Source of the DNA: Camelus ferus | Lineage: Eukaryota | Direction: 5' to 3' | DNA length: 64,000 bases | Assembly (NCBI RefSeq): GCF_009834535.1 | Contig: NC_045699.1 | Location: 9,858,001-9,922,000, forward strand | In this document: positions 1 through 16,030 of the stretch, one piece after another | Layout of the letters: each line of letters opens with the position of its first letter | Numbering within the stretch: position 1 is the first letter of the stretch | The notes under the pieces: model-generated | The model's input: the letters and a program-made list of their open reading frames with translations, nothing else | Told to the model about the DNA's origin: nothing | Databases searched by the model: none | Made by a program: the position numbers and the translations under genes

Positions 1-418
1 CCACCCAGCCACCCACTCTCACGCTGGCAGACACAATCTCAAACCCCACCGAGACCTTCTCAAGACACATTCTCTGATGTGGTCGCAGGCCCTCTCACAC
101 ACACACGAGCACACGACCCAGTCTCTGCCCCCAAACTGCACAATGACAGACGCGCACAGCATCCCACACTGGCCCAGCCACATGCAGACTCAGCCACATG
201 CACAGTGACACCCGCAGTCACGTTAGCTGAGGGTTGCACCAAGTGACACTGTTGCGGCGTCTCACACACTGACATCGTCACACACAGTCTGCCGGTCTCA
301 CACACACTCACACTGACAGCGCGCCCGCCACTCCGGGCCCTTCAAATCCCACACCGCCCGCCCCGCCCTCTGCTGGCAAGGCTCCCGACTGCGCACCCGC
401 GGCCCCATCAGGCCTCAC

Positions 419-510
419 CTTCCGCGGCCGCCGCCGCCAGCGCCCTCCGCCCTCGCCCTCGCCCTCGCCCTCGCCCTCGCCCTCTGCCCCGGCAGCTACT
501 CCCTCCCGCC
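419..510 (-). other. IL11RA: IL11RA non-coding exon 1 (5' UTR); coding exons lie beyond the left edge of the window
   Basis: Minus strand reads ...GGCGCTGGCGGCGGCGGCCGCGGAAG|GTGAGG with donor at 418-417, matching the recalled human IL11RA leader that ends GCGGCCGCGGAAG just before ATGAGCAGC. It lies ~1.7 kb downstream of the GALT stop as in human, within a CpG island. The 5' end is approximate. Confidence 0.8.
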
Positions 511-539
511 CTGGGGCCCCGCCGTGGGGGCGGCTCCGC

Positions 540-612
540 CCAGGCACCAATGGAAGGAGAGGGGTGAAATAGGGGGGGTCTCGGCCCATTGGAGACTCCG
601 ACTGCCAATCAC
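540..612. promoter_or_regulatory. IL11RA promoter CCAAT-box cluster
   Basis: CCAAT at 547-551 and 605-609, ATTGG at 588-592, just upstream of exon 1, with GC boxes nearby. Confidence 0.55.
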
Positions 613-2139
613 CGCCACCCCCACCTCGGCCGGACACTTCCTGTCCCGTCCGGGACCGAGGAGGCTGCCTGGGGACCGAGTCTGGAGCCGGATTCCTGGG
701 TCCTGGCCTGCAGGCCTCGCCTCCTGGGACTGCAGGACCAGAAGCCCTCGGGCCCCTCCCCCTCCCAGCTGTCTGCAAAGCCTTAAGGTCGGTGGCTCAG
801 GAGCCACTGGGCAGGTGACTGGAGAAGCTGAAGGTGCCCCTGACTCCAGATAAGATAGGGAAGGAGGTGGACGGACTGGTGTGAGGCAGTGATTCTTAAA
901 CTTCCCTGGACATTGTGGTTTTAAAACTGCCAAGCCACATTCCAATTAAATCAGTATTGTTTAAAATTCCCCAAATGATTCCAACATGCAGCCAAATCAA
1001 AGGTGTAGGATCGGGGCGGGGGGGGGGGGGTGTCTCACTCTCTTAAGAAACTTCTTGTCCACTCCCCAGTCAATGGGGGCTCAAGGGAAATGTGCACCAT
1101 GTTTGTCTGAGCATCTTCCCGACCAGGGCAACACTCCAAGTCCTGAACCATCCCCTACAGTGTCTCAAGGAAGAATCCTGGACTAGAAAGCAGGCAGCCA
1201 AGCTTTTCCTGGGTCAAGTCATCACTCTCCAGCCTTGCATGATTTCCCCTCCCAGAGACTCAATTCCTTTGAGAAGAATGGAGACGAAAATCACTCTGGT
1301 TGTCTATGCATTGCTCACAAGCCCCCGACCTGACCTGAAAGTTTGGAAGACCTTAGGTGACATCATGTCTCCTGGGCTGTATGGCTTATTCTCACACAGT
1401 TACACATCCTTGCCAAGGAAACAGGTCCAGAGGGGAGGTGACCCAGGGTTACTCCAAAAATCATGCCCTCCTTCTAGGCCCTGAGGCTTCTAACTCTGGC
1501 AGCCCTTCCCCTCCCAAAGCCATCTTCAGCCCTGTGCAACAATGGGGTACAGGGGCAACAGAGGTGTGTAGAGCCTGTGCATGCATGCTGCACGTGGGAG
1601 TCTGGAAAAGCCAAGGACACAAAGCCACGTACACGTTCCCTACCCGCCCCTTCAGCCCCTGTGGGCTGGAGCAGAGCCAAGGTGCAGCCGCTCACAAAGC
1701 CAGGATTCTGGCCAGCAGCCCAGTGTCTGGCCACTGACCACTGGGACTAGGATCCTGCTCACTCACTCCCCACCAAACCCTCAGTCCCAGGCTTGGGTGA
1801 GCTGACACCCTAGGGATGGCTGTAAAGGGGGCACTGGCCCTCCCAAAGCCTCAGTGACAGACAAGAACAAAGGATTCTAAAGCAGTTTTGAACTGGTATC
1901 TTTGTTACTCTAGAAGTAAGAGTATCTATAGGCCAGAAATGACACTGAGTATTAATTTTGTTCAGAGACTTGGGGCGAGCAGTGGTGGGGAGAGGTTGTA
2001 TCCTTAAGTTTTTGCACATCTGTAGGCAAAGAAAAGTTGTGGCCGGAGCTGTGCCTTCAGCCTTCAACCCCAGGCCCCCAAGGATCAGAGTTCACACTCC
2101 TTTGGCGTTAGGATATGTGATTAAAGTTTGAGAAGCAGT

Positions 2140-2145
2140 TTTATT
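2140..2145 (-). terminator. GALT polyadenylation signal
   Basis: AATAAA on the minus strand ~70 nt after the TGA stop. Confidence 0.7.
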
Positions 2146-2211
2146 TATCCCACATCTGCCCAAACCCTAGGCCCTGGTTCCCTCAGGCAGAAGGCCCTGT
2201 GGTCAGCGTGG

Positions 2212-5345
<3,134 letters not shown>

Positions 5346-5419
5346 GATGCCACTGCAGGAAGGTATCGTCTGGGACTTCTGCCTGCTCGCTTGCTGGGAC
5401 CTCCTAGTCTGTCTAGCCC

Positions 5420-5500
5420 CGCTCCTCCCCGCCCGGCCGATTGGACAGCCGCCTGCACGTGACTGCCCGAGGGGCCGCCCGGCCACCTGGGGGCGGGGCC
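5420..5500 (-). promoter_or_regulatory. GALT CpG-island promoter: GTCACGTG E-box, CCAAT box, GC boxes
   Basis: Minus strand GGGCAGTCACGTGCAGGCGGCTGTCCAATC: GTCACGTG at 5463-5456 and CCAAT at 5444-5440; GGGGCGGGGC at ~5490-5499. Confidence 0.7.
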
Positions 5501-6011
5501 CAGGACCGCCGACCGCTCCAGGGGGCTGCTTTGAAGATCCCATTCCGCCAAAGGCTAAAGCCACTACCCTGGAAGACCCCCTGTAAAAGCTCCTTACTGC
5601 AGATGCTTCCGCTCCAGGACGCTTACAAGATTTCTTTGCTGCATTAAATTATTCATTTGGTCATTCATTCAGCAAATATTTGCTGAGTGCCGGGCACCTA
5701 GGCTCCATGTAGAGCAAAGGGATGCCCCTGTTGCATAAGTCAGGCATGGCCTCTGCCTTCCCAGAGCTTACATTGTAGGGTCACATAAGGGTATAACCCT
5801 GGGTCTATAATCACCTCACTTACCTACTCAGTGACTATGATGGAGGAAGGACAGGGGAGTCGGAGTAGGGGGCTGTGGGGCTTGATCTGCTTCAGCTTAA
5901 ACCTGGCCTCAGGTACTACCTGGAGGAGTGGGTATATCACCATAACCATACCCCATCTGCACCAGACAGCAGCAACAAGTTTGGGGAAAAAGAGACTAAC
6001 CATATTCTCTC

Positions 6012-6012
<1 letters not shown>

Positions 6013-6064
<52 letters not shown>

Positions 6065-6106
6065 CGCGCGCGCGCGCACACACACACACACCCGCACACA
6101 CACACC
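6013..6106. repeat. Compound microsatellite (TG)22(CG)10(CA)7
   Basis: Read directly: TG 6013-6056, CG 6057-6076, CA 6077-6090, followed by a degenerate CA tail. Confidence 0.97.
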
Positions 6107-7106
6107 GAAAGCACAAGAAGTGGACAGGGTAAGAAATCTGAAAATGTGAGGAGTACAGCCTGTCAGTAGCTCTAGCCACCGTCTGGGTGGGGTCAGGATT
6201 ATTTCCTTTACACGTTCCCTTTCCTTCTCCAACATTTCCTTAGATCAAACCAATTGGCTAACACTAGGATAACATTCAAATTATTTCCTCCCTTGGCACT
6301 TTTAAAGAGCCATTTAAATATTGTCTTTACTTCCTCCCCATTCCATAGTGAAGAACAGAGGCCTCGAGATCACCCAGAGAATAAGTGGCCAAGCTCAGAT
6401 TTGAAACCAAGTTTCCGCTCCTCTTAATGCTTTGAAATGCCTCTAAGACTTCAGGGAGCCTCAAGATAGAAACCTAATGAGCTAGGAGCTGGGCAGTAGC
6501 AGGGAGGCCCCCTCCCCCAAGCCAGGCCAGGACAAGCCAGGTGTTTTTGTGGAGCTCGGTTGTAAAAACTGGGTCATAGGTCGTTTACCTTACCTCTGCC
6601 CTAGGGGCCTCAGACTGGAATCTGAGGGGGCGGGCAGGGAGCTGGAAGCTGAGAAAGCAGAGTTTTACCTTTCCCCCTGGCTGCTCAAGGTATGGGGAGG
6701 CAAGGGGGATAGAAGATCAGCGTTTTGTGGAAAGAGAATGTCACCTGCCACTCCAGTAAACAACAAAGATTGCCACTGCATCAGCCACAGCAGCCCCCAC
6801 CCCCAAGTGTGCCCTGAGAGGAATTCAGAATGGAGAATGACAGGAAGCACTTTGGACACTGGCCCTAGATAGTCAAGATGCATATCTAAGGAATAATTTC
6901 AATGGACCCAGATTCTCGAATTTTCCCAAACACAGAAAATCCTTAACTTGAGATGTCTGTTTGGGGCATTAGCAGTAATTTTTTGATGTTCTACTAGATG
7001 GTTTTTTTCCTGAAAAAAAAAAAAAAAAACCCTCCTATATATCTTGGCTCCTCCCTTATCTCTTTGAAGCATTTCCTCAGAGCTGTCTGAGAGGCTGTCT
7101 TCCCAG

Positions 7107-7950
7107 TGTCGACTGAAATAAATGCGCAGCCTAAAAGTTGAGAGTTATGTTTTATTTGGCGGGAGGACTCGAGCCGGGATGACAGCCCCTCAGATCGCTC
7201 TGAGGGACTGCTCGGAAGAGGTAGGGGAGGAAATAGGATATATAAGAGCTTTACAACAAAGACCAGGTAGTTGGAACAATAAAAGAGTGTTTGTTATCTA
7301 AAGAAAACCAGGCATCTCAAGTTAAAGAATTTAGTGCTTTTCTATGTATAGGAGGAAGCAAACATTTGGGCTGACGTGGGGTTTTAGGAGATGAGTGGCC
7401 CAAACAAAAAAATGCATGAGGAGTTGCCATACCATCAGACAGACTTTAGCAGGAGACACCATGGGGTTAACAACACTTTATTGCCACAGGGAGGTGTGCG
7501 CCTATGATGCACCTGTCCTGCTTTTTATCTGTTCTCTGCCAGCACGTGCACAATGTGAGTTTCTTTGTTTATTAGGCCTATAGAATTATCTCTAGCACAT
7601 GCGTACTTCTATTTTCTTTGTTTTAAATCTTATATAATTGATGCATGCGTACAGCAATTATTTACTGCATACTACAAACATGCTCTGATTGTGGCCTTGA
7701 GTCCCATGGCCTTAACTCATCTCAAGGCCAGCTCACAGGCTCATTGAATTCATTCCGCTGATAAGCACCTAGCTATCTAGGGCCAGTTTCCTGTCCTTTC
7801 TTATTCTGAGTCTGCTCAGAGTGCACCATTGTGAGTGGCTGCAGAGGCCAGGCTGCAGGCTTGTCTTTACTGGGGGGTGGCGGCAGCCGCTGATGACTTG
7901 GTTTCAGCATTCTTTGTTTACTGATATGGTTGCAGTATTTTCGTTAGCAC
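7107..7950 (-). mobile_element. ERV1-like solo LTR (7107-7371 and 7738-7950) interrupted by a second ~365-bp LTR (7372-7737)
   Basis: The outer segments resemble a laurasiatherian ERV1/MER41-like LTR and rejoin as ...TTTGGGCT/CATTGAATTCATTCC... The inner segment has TG...CA ends on the minus strand, a TATA-like motif (~7631-7637) and AATAAA (7477-7482). Family names not verified. Confidence 0.55.
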
Positions 7951-8096
7951 CGGCTATACCTATAGTTCTCCATAAGGTTAAAATTTAACTCAAAACTTTT
8001 AGGTTGTGTGTTTTTCTTCAGGCGACATTTTCTACTCTCTCAGCTGTCTTCATCCTTTGAGTGGCTGGATTTTGGAGGCAGCTCGGTTTTCCCAAG

Positions 8097-8179
8097 AACA
8101 CTGATGCTTCTTTCTTCTTTTTTTTTTTTTTAAGCATTTTTTATTGATTTATAATCATTTTACAAACACTGATGCTTCT
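8097..8179 (-). mobile_element. Extremely 5'-truncated retroposon (probably an L1 3' end with poly-A) with a perfect 15-bp TSD
   Basis: AACACTGATGCTTCT at 8097-8111 and 8165-8179 flank 53 bp that read TGTAAAATGATTATAAATCAATAAAAAATGCTT(A)n on the minus strand. Confidence 0.75.
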
Positions 8180-8794
8180 GTACCACTCCATGGATCATGC
8201 TAACTAACTCCTGATCCCCTTCAAAAATATCTCTAGAGGAACATCTCCAAATCTCTCTCCTCCTTCTGTGTCTCCCCAAAGTCACTTTTCTGAGGAAGAG
8301 GAGAATGGCTGAGATGGGGCTTACCTCGTCCTTTCTCTCCAAGATCCCAGAGGTGGGATCTCTAACACAGTATCTAGGGAAGATGGCTGTGAGTGCAGCC
8401 CTTAATCTCCTTCGTGGGGTGTCACAGACTCTCTTAAGGCACAAAGGACACTCCTTTTTCTTTTTTTTCAAACAGCGTGTGCTGGAGAAGCTTTCTGAAA
8501 GACCAGATAGGGGAGCCTAGACAGTCCAAGAGGACTCTGCCTGAAACAGGGAGGCAGAGGCCAGATATGAAGGCTAGTCCTTGCTACTCAGGGTTCTTAA
8601 AGAATGGTCTGCTCAAGAGTATCACAGAAGCCAGAGCCAATACAAAAACATGCTCCCTCAATCCTGCAGTTTCCTCTAAATAATCCCTTCTTTATCTTTC
8701 CCTTCTTGGTCAAGTTTCTCAGAAAAATAGTCCATCTTCCCGGCCTTTACTCTTAACCTGCACAGTACACTGTAACACATCTTTTGCCCTGTAA

Positions 8795-9150
8795 TAGTCA
8801 GGGTAAATAATCTTAGTTGCTGTAACAAACAACCCCCAAATTCAGTGACTTAGCACCACAGTCCATTGTCAGGGAGCGGGGGAGCTCTGTCCCAGGCAGC
8901 ATTCAGAATTCTCCACCAACTACTTAATTGTGTGTAACTGTGATAATAGATAAGGGAGGAGAGAGAATGTCAAGATTTCACAGATTTTAGGACCCAGCCC
9001 TGAAAGTGGTGAACATCATTTCTGCCCATATTTCATTGGCCAGAACACAATCACGTGGACTCATCTAACTACAGAGTAGACTGGCATGTAACCTGGCTGC
9101 CCAGGAATAAATGGAATGGATTTGTGAGTGTATAGCATCATCTCCTACAT
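8795..9150 (-). mobile_element. Old MLT1 (ERVL-MaLR) LTR remnant
   Basis: GTTGCTGTAACAAACAACCCCCAAATTCAGTGACTTA and CATTGGCCAGAACACAATCACGTGG are typical reverse-strand MLT1 segments. Confidence 0.6.
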
Positions 9151-9299
9151 GCCCTACTGGGAAACCCAATGACCATTTCCCATCATTTTATAAGACCACT
9201 CAGTTATATTTGGCTGTGTTGATCCTTCATTCCATTACTCTCATGTGTGTGCCTACACTCTTCCTGTGCTCTTCCCTTTATGTTTTACTTATATAACTA

Positions 9300-9480
9300 A
9301 CACATATGACACCAGGTGCCAGACACTAATTGCTTTATAAATACTAACTTATTTCATTTTACAGATGAGAAAACTGAGTCATAAAGAGTTTAAGTAACTT
9401 ACCCAAGATCACACTACTAGTAGGTGGCAGGAGCCAGGCTTTTAACCCAGTCAGTTCAGTGTAACCCAGTCTCACTGCAC
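9300..9480 (-). mobile_element. MIR SINE
   Basis: MIR core CATTTTACAGATGAGAAAACTGAG...AAGTAACTTACCCAAGATCACAC. Confidence 0.8.
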
Positions 9481-9959
9481 TATGCTGCCTCTTTTCTCTT
9501 TTGCTTCTCTTCCTTTATCACTCCCCGGCTGATAACTTTTAGTTGGCTTACAAGGTCCTCCTCTCACATCTTGTGCTTCAGAATAACGAATGAATTGTAC
9601 GCCCCCAGAAGACCCCACGCTGTGTCTCTCCTCTGTGCCTTTGCTCTTGGAGTAGGTTTCATTGGCTCACTAGAATGCTCTTCGCATCTCTCTCCTTAAA
9701 TACAATGCTCAGGTGTCACTGCCTCCAAAACGCCTTCCTTAACGTTCCCAAGTTGAAGAGCCTCCTCCCACTTTCTGCGCTACAAAAGGGGGCCCTTAAC
9801 CATCACAAGTCCCGGAAGGCTCTGCTTCCGGGCCCTCCTGCTTCACCAGTGAGCCCAGGCGGGCCAGTCCATTCCGAGTCTCACCGCCACCCCTCTTCCC
9901 CACGGAGGACAGCGCTTGGAGAGACTCTGCCTGGAGGACGCCCCAATGCGGGGAGCCAG

Positions 9960-11941
<1,982 letters not shown>

Positions 11942-12765
11942 CCAGCCAGGCCTGAAGGAGAACCTGTGGATGGACAGGAGCGGGCAGGCCCGCATGCATC
12001 CACTTGCTGGAGCCCAGGTGAAAAAACAGGGACGTACCCACAACATGCAGATACTGAGTTCCTGGTGTCCAAGCAGGAACATACATGCTTATACAACCAG
12101 ACACAGAGACTCATGGGAACATACAGGACACACATTCAGATACTGAATCCGTTGTGTACAGCAGCATCACGTGTTCACACCCATCCAGAGAGGGAGCCCC
12201 ATGTATACCAAGAAGGCCAGTCATGTTCGACCACACATACCACAAGCTTGACTCACTAACTCAGGCCTTTCCAGAGCTCTGCCCCTAGTCAGGGCTCTGG
12301 AGTTAGGGGTGGGAGTGGCGATTACAAACTGCCTGGGTCTGACCCTTCAACCCAGCAGCAACTGGCGGGGGGGGGCGGATAAGGGAGAAGAGGAGCTGCC
12401 TTTGGAGGCTCCCTTTACCTGCAGCTATGATACCATTCCCCTTCACCTCCCTGTCCTCACCATATGCCTTACCCCATTCTGTTCCCTGCTATGCAAGTAC
12501 CCTCATGACCTGTCTCCCACTCTCTGCAACCCAGTTAGCTGGAGAACCAGAAGAATGTGGAAAATGCTGAGGTCAAACCTCCCTCCAGGGTATGATGGGG
12601 AGGCTGACCTCAGCTCAGGGCCCACTGCTGGGGAGAGGACCTGGAGGGGTGGGCCTAGGTCCAGGGGGCCATCTCTGGCCTAGAGAAATCCTTTTCTGCG
12701 CGCGCACAAACACACACACCCATCACAGCTTCCAGACACTGCCCTTGCTGCATTCTCTGTCTGTT

Positions 12766-12771
12766 AATAAA
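12766..12771 (+). terminator. SIGMAR1 polyadenylation signal
   Basis: AATAAA ~830 nt after the stop, followed by a T/GT-rich downstream element. Confidence 0.7.
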
Positions 12772-14070
12772 GACCTGTTGAACAGTTTCATTTCTTTTTG
12801 TGTCTGAGCAGCAGGAAAACCTCTAATTCTTAGGGGCCTCAGGAAGGGCTCTCCCTTGCCATGTGATTCAGTTTATGACAGTATTTCTTTTTTTTTACGA
12901 TATATACATTAGTGTTCCCAGAAATCACCCAGCAGGCTTGTTGACTCTACAGATTATGCCCAGTCCCCACAGATCAGTTCTTCTGGGATGAGGCCTTGAG
13001 ATCAGCATGTTTAGTAAGATTCTCTCCAGGTTTGAATGCCATAATGTAAGAGATTCAGAGCTGAGTGGGGTGGTGTGTGTGTCTCAGTCTTGCTCCCTGC
13101 CAGTGCCGTTCTGGAAGCAGTCCTGGGAGTCCTACCCTGGATGACCACGAGGTGGCAGTGTGCAGCCACTTTTGAGCTGAAAGTTATAATCATTCTCCAT
13201 CTGCTTTTTCTGAGTTTCCAGGGTATCATTCCCACCTCCACCCAGAGCAGGAGTTCCCCTCTCCAGTCTACCTTCTCCAGGACCCCCCCACCCCCCGCCA
13301 CTTCTGTGGAGGCTCCCAGGGGTAGGAAGCAGGCACACTATCTAGTGGTGTCTGAAGTGGTTGGGGCCAGTGGGACTAGGGTGAGGCCAGAGATGTCCCT
13401 GAGGTATACCCTCCCAGGGACCCTGCACTTTCTTCACCCTCCTCCTGGCCCTGCTCCAAGGCTGAGTAAAACCCAGGCCTCTCACATCTTAAGACTTCTG
13501 GCATATTAAAAATGGAAGGAACATGGTTATAAAAATTGTGTATTCTGAAATTTTGACATTCTAATGAACAAAAATACAAAAGACTACATGTACAACCATT
13601 TGGAAGCAACATTAAAAGTCTAAATCTGTGGCTCAGTGAAGGTGAGGCCCGGGCAAGATGGCCATCCTGGCATCCCACCAGCACCACCATGTTGGCCATG
13701 ACAGGTCCTGGCTGGGGCCTCTCCATTGATCACAGGTTGCAAAGTCAAGCCTCGAGATTTCTCCTACCCTGTAACCCAGCCTTGCCTCGGCTCAGCCCAC
13801 ATCTGTTGGGGATGCCCCAGATCCCTTTGTCATCCCCCTCTTTCCCATGACTAGACTCCTAGGCTTTGCCCCATCTCTGTTGTCAAGTCCAGTGGTTATT
13901 TCTTCTCACTTTGATTTGACACAGTTAATCACTCCTAAAACTCTTAGCATCCAGGACATTACTCTTCCTTCATTGCCCCCTTTGCTTCTCCTCAACCTCT
14001 GACTTCCCAGGTCTGAACCTTCTGAGATAAGCCCAGCCATATCATGACTTTAAATGCCATCTGTATGTCT

Positions 14071-14742
14071 ATATACCAGTTTTATTGAGATCTACCTGAC
14101 ATAAGCTATTATTAGTTTAAGGTATACAACATAATGATTTGATACATGTCTGTATTGTGAAATGATCACCACAATAAATTTAGTTAACATCACCTCCCAT
14201 AGTTACAAATTCTTTTTTTCTTGTGTCGGGAAATTTCAAGATCTCTCTTAGCAACTTCAAATAAACAATATAGTATTGTTGACTGTAGTCACTATGCTGT
14301 ACATTGCATCCTCAGAACTTATTTATCTTATAATTGGAAGTTTGTACCTTTTGACCACCTTCACCCATTTTCCCTGGCCTCTGGCAACCACCAATCTGTT
14401 CTCTGTTCCTATGAGTTTGATATTTTTTTAGATTCCACATATAAGTGAGAACATATTGCATTTGTCTTTATCTGATAATTTCACTTAGCATAATGCCCTC
14501 AAAAATTAATGGATAGGAGGGAGGGTATAGCTCAAGTGATAGAGCACATGCTTAGCATGCACGAGGTCCTGGGTTCAATCCCCAGTACCTCCATTGAAAG
14601 TAAGTAAATAAATAAACCTAATTGCCTCCAAAACAAGAATGAATGGATAAAGAAAATGTGGTATATATCTACAATGGAATATTATTCAGCTATAAAAGAA
14701 GGAAATCCTGCCATTTGCAAAAGCATGGTTAGATCTGAAGGA
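14071..14742 (-). mobile_element. 5'-inverted (twin-primed) L1 3' fragment
   Basis: 14075-14500 is L1 3' sequence in antisense, ending ...CTTAGCATAATGCCCTC. 14630-14742 is the immediately upstream L1 segment in sense (GAATGGATAAAGAAAATGTGG...GATCTGAAGGA). TSD-like CCATCT(GT)ATGTCT at 14057-14070 and 14743-14754. Confidence 0.7.
14516..14632 (+). mobile_element. tRNA-Ala-derived SINE, Vic-1-like (camelid)
   Basis: GGGAGGGTATAGCTCAAGTGATAGAGCACATGCTTAGCATGCACGAGGTCCTGGGTTCAATCCCCAGTACCTCC has A and B boxes, then an AATAAATAAACCTAATT tail. Flanked by AATTAATGGATA / AATGAATGGATA. Confidence 0.8.
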
Positions 14743-15524
14743 CCATCTATGTCTTGACTCCTAATTTTTTGTGTCAGCCTAAACCTCCTCTGAGCTCCAG
14801 AGATAGGTATCTGACTGCTTTCATCTCCACTTGACACTTCCACCCTGTCATCTAATTGCCATCTCAAACTTTAAATGTTCTATGCAAGCTGATTTCTCTC
14901 CCAGTCTTGCACCTCCTGCAGTCTTTACTGTCTCAGTTAAGGGTACCTCCACTTACCCAGCTGCCTGGGCCAAAAACCCTGGAGTCATCTTGGATACCTC
15001 TCATTCTCTCACGTTCTGCATTCAAGACTTCAACGGATCCTGTCAGATTTATCTTCAATCATATTCAGGATCTAACCATTTCTTGTCACCTCCGCTGCTA
15101 CCACCCTGGTCCAAGCCATCATTGTCTTTTTCCTTCGTTATTGCAATGGCCTCCTAATTGAGCCTCATGCTTGCATCCCGTGCAGAAGGTTTGCCACACA
15201 ACAGCAAGAGTCAGACTTTCACTCCCTTCTCAGACATTTCCAATGGCTTCCCACCACATTCAGTCCTTTCACTGCCTCCATGAACCTACTCCAAGGTCCA
15301 TGTAACCTCTGACCAAACATGCAACCATTCACCTTGGCCACTGTGTTCTAATCTAGTGGCCTCCATGCTTTTCTTCTGATACATCAAGCAAACTTCCACC
15401 TCAGGATATTTGCACCTGCTCTTCTGACTGCAGTGCTCTTCCCTAGGTATCCCCATGGCTCCTCCCTCCTTCAAGTCCTGCTCAGTGAGTCCTTCCCTTA
15501 ACATCTGGGTAATAGCAGCCCTTC

Positions 15525-16030
15525 TGTGGTGGTTTTCAAATACCTCCATACAATTTTTGATACTCTTTAAGAGATGAAGCCTAATTCCCTTCCCCTTGAA
15601 TGTAGGCTGGACTTAGTTATGTACTTTTAACAAATAATATATGGCCAAAGTGACTGGGTGCGACTTCTAAAACTAGGCCATAAAAAACTTTGCTCCCTCT
15701 TAGTCTCTCTTGAATCCATCTTTCTGGGGGGAACCAACTGCGATGTTGGGAGGACACTCAAGCGTGAGGTCCTCTCCTATGGAGACCCACCTGGGGAGGA
15801 CAGCCTCCTGCCAACGGCGACCTGAGTGAAGCGGATCCTCCAATCCTTCAGACCTTCAGATGACTGCAGCCCTGGCCAACAGTTTTACTACAGCCTCATG
15901 AGAGGCAGCCAGAACCACTCAGCTAAGCCACTCTCGAATTCCTGATGCACAGAATTGTGAAAAAATAAATGCTTGCTATTTTAAGCTGCTAAATTTGAGA
16001 GTCATTTGTTGCAGTAATAGGTGACTAATA
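15525..16030 (+). mobile_element. MLT1 (ERVL-MaLR) solo LTR
   Basis: Starts TGTGGTGGTTTTCAAATACCTCC and ends with the MLT1 3' signature GATGACTGCAGCCCTGGCCAAC...AATAAATGCTTGCTATTTTAAGCTGCTAAATTTG...GCAGTAATAGGTGACTAATA. Confidence 0.8.

Noticed and set aside
5346-5564. N-terminal extension of GALT (in-frame ATG at 5543)
   Set aside because: The upstream ATG lies beyond the CCAAT and E-box promoter elements, so it is unlikely to be transcribed. The ATG at 5345 gives the canonical 379 aa.
5824-6235. Several ORFs with THTH/VCVC/ARAR runs
   Set aside because: Translations of the (TG)(CG)(CA) microsatellite.
14519-14595. Possible tRNA-Ala gene
   Set aside because: Acceptor stem degenerate; followed by an AT-rich SINE tail and flanked by a target-site duplication. 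It is a tRNA-derived SINE.
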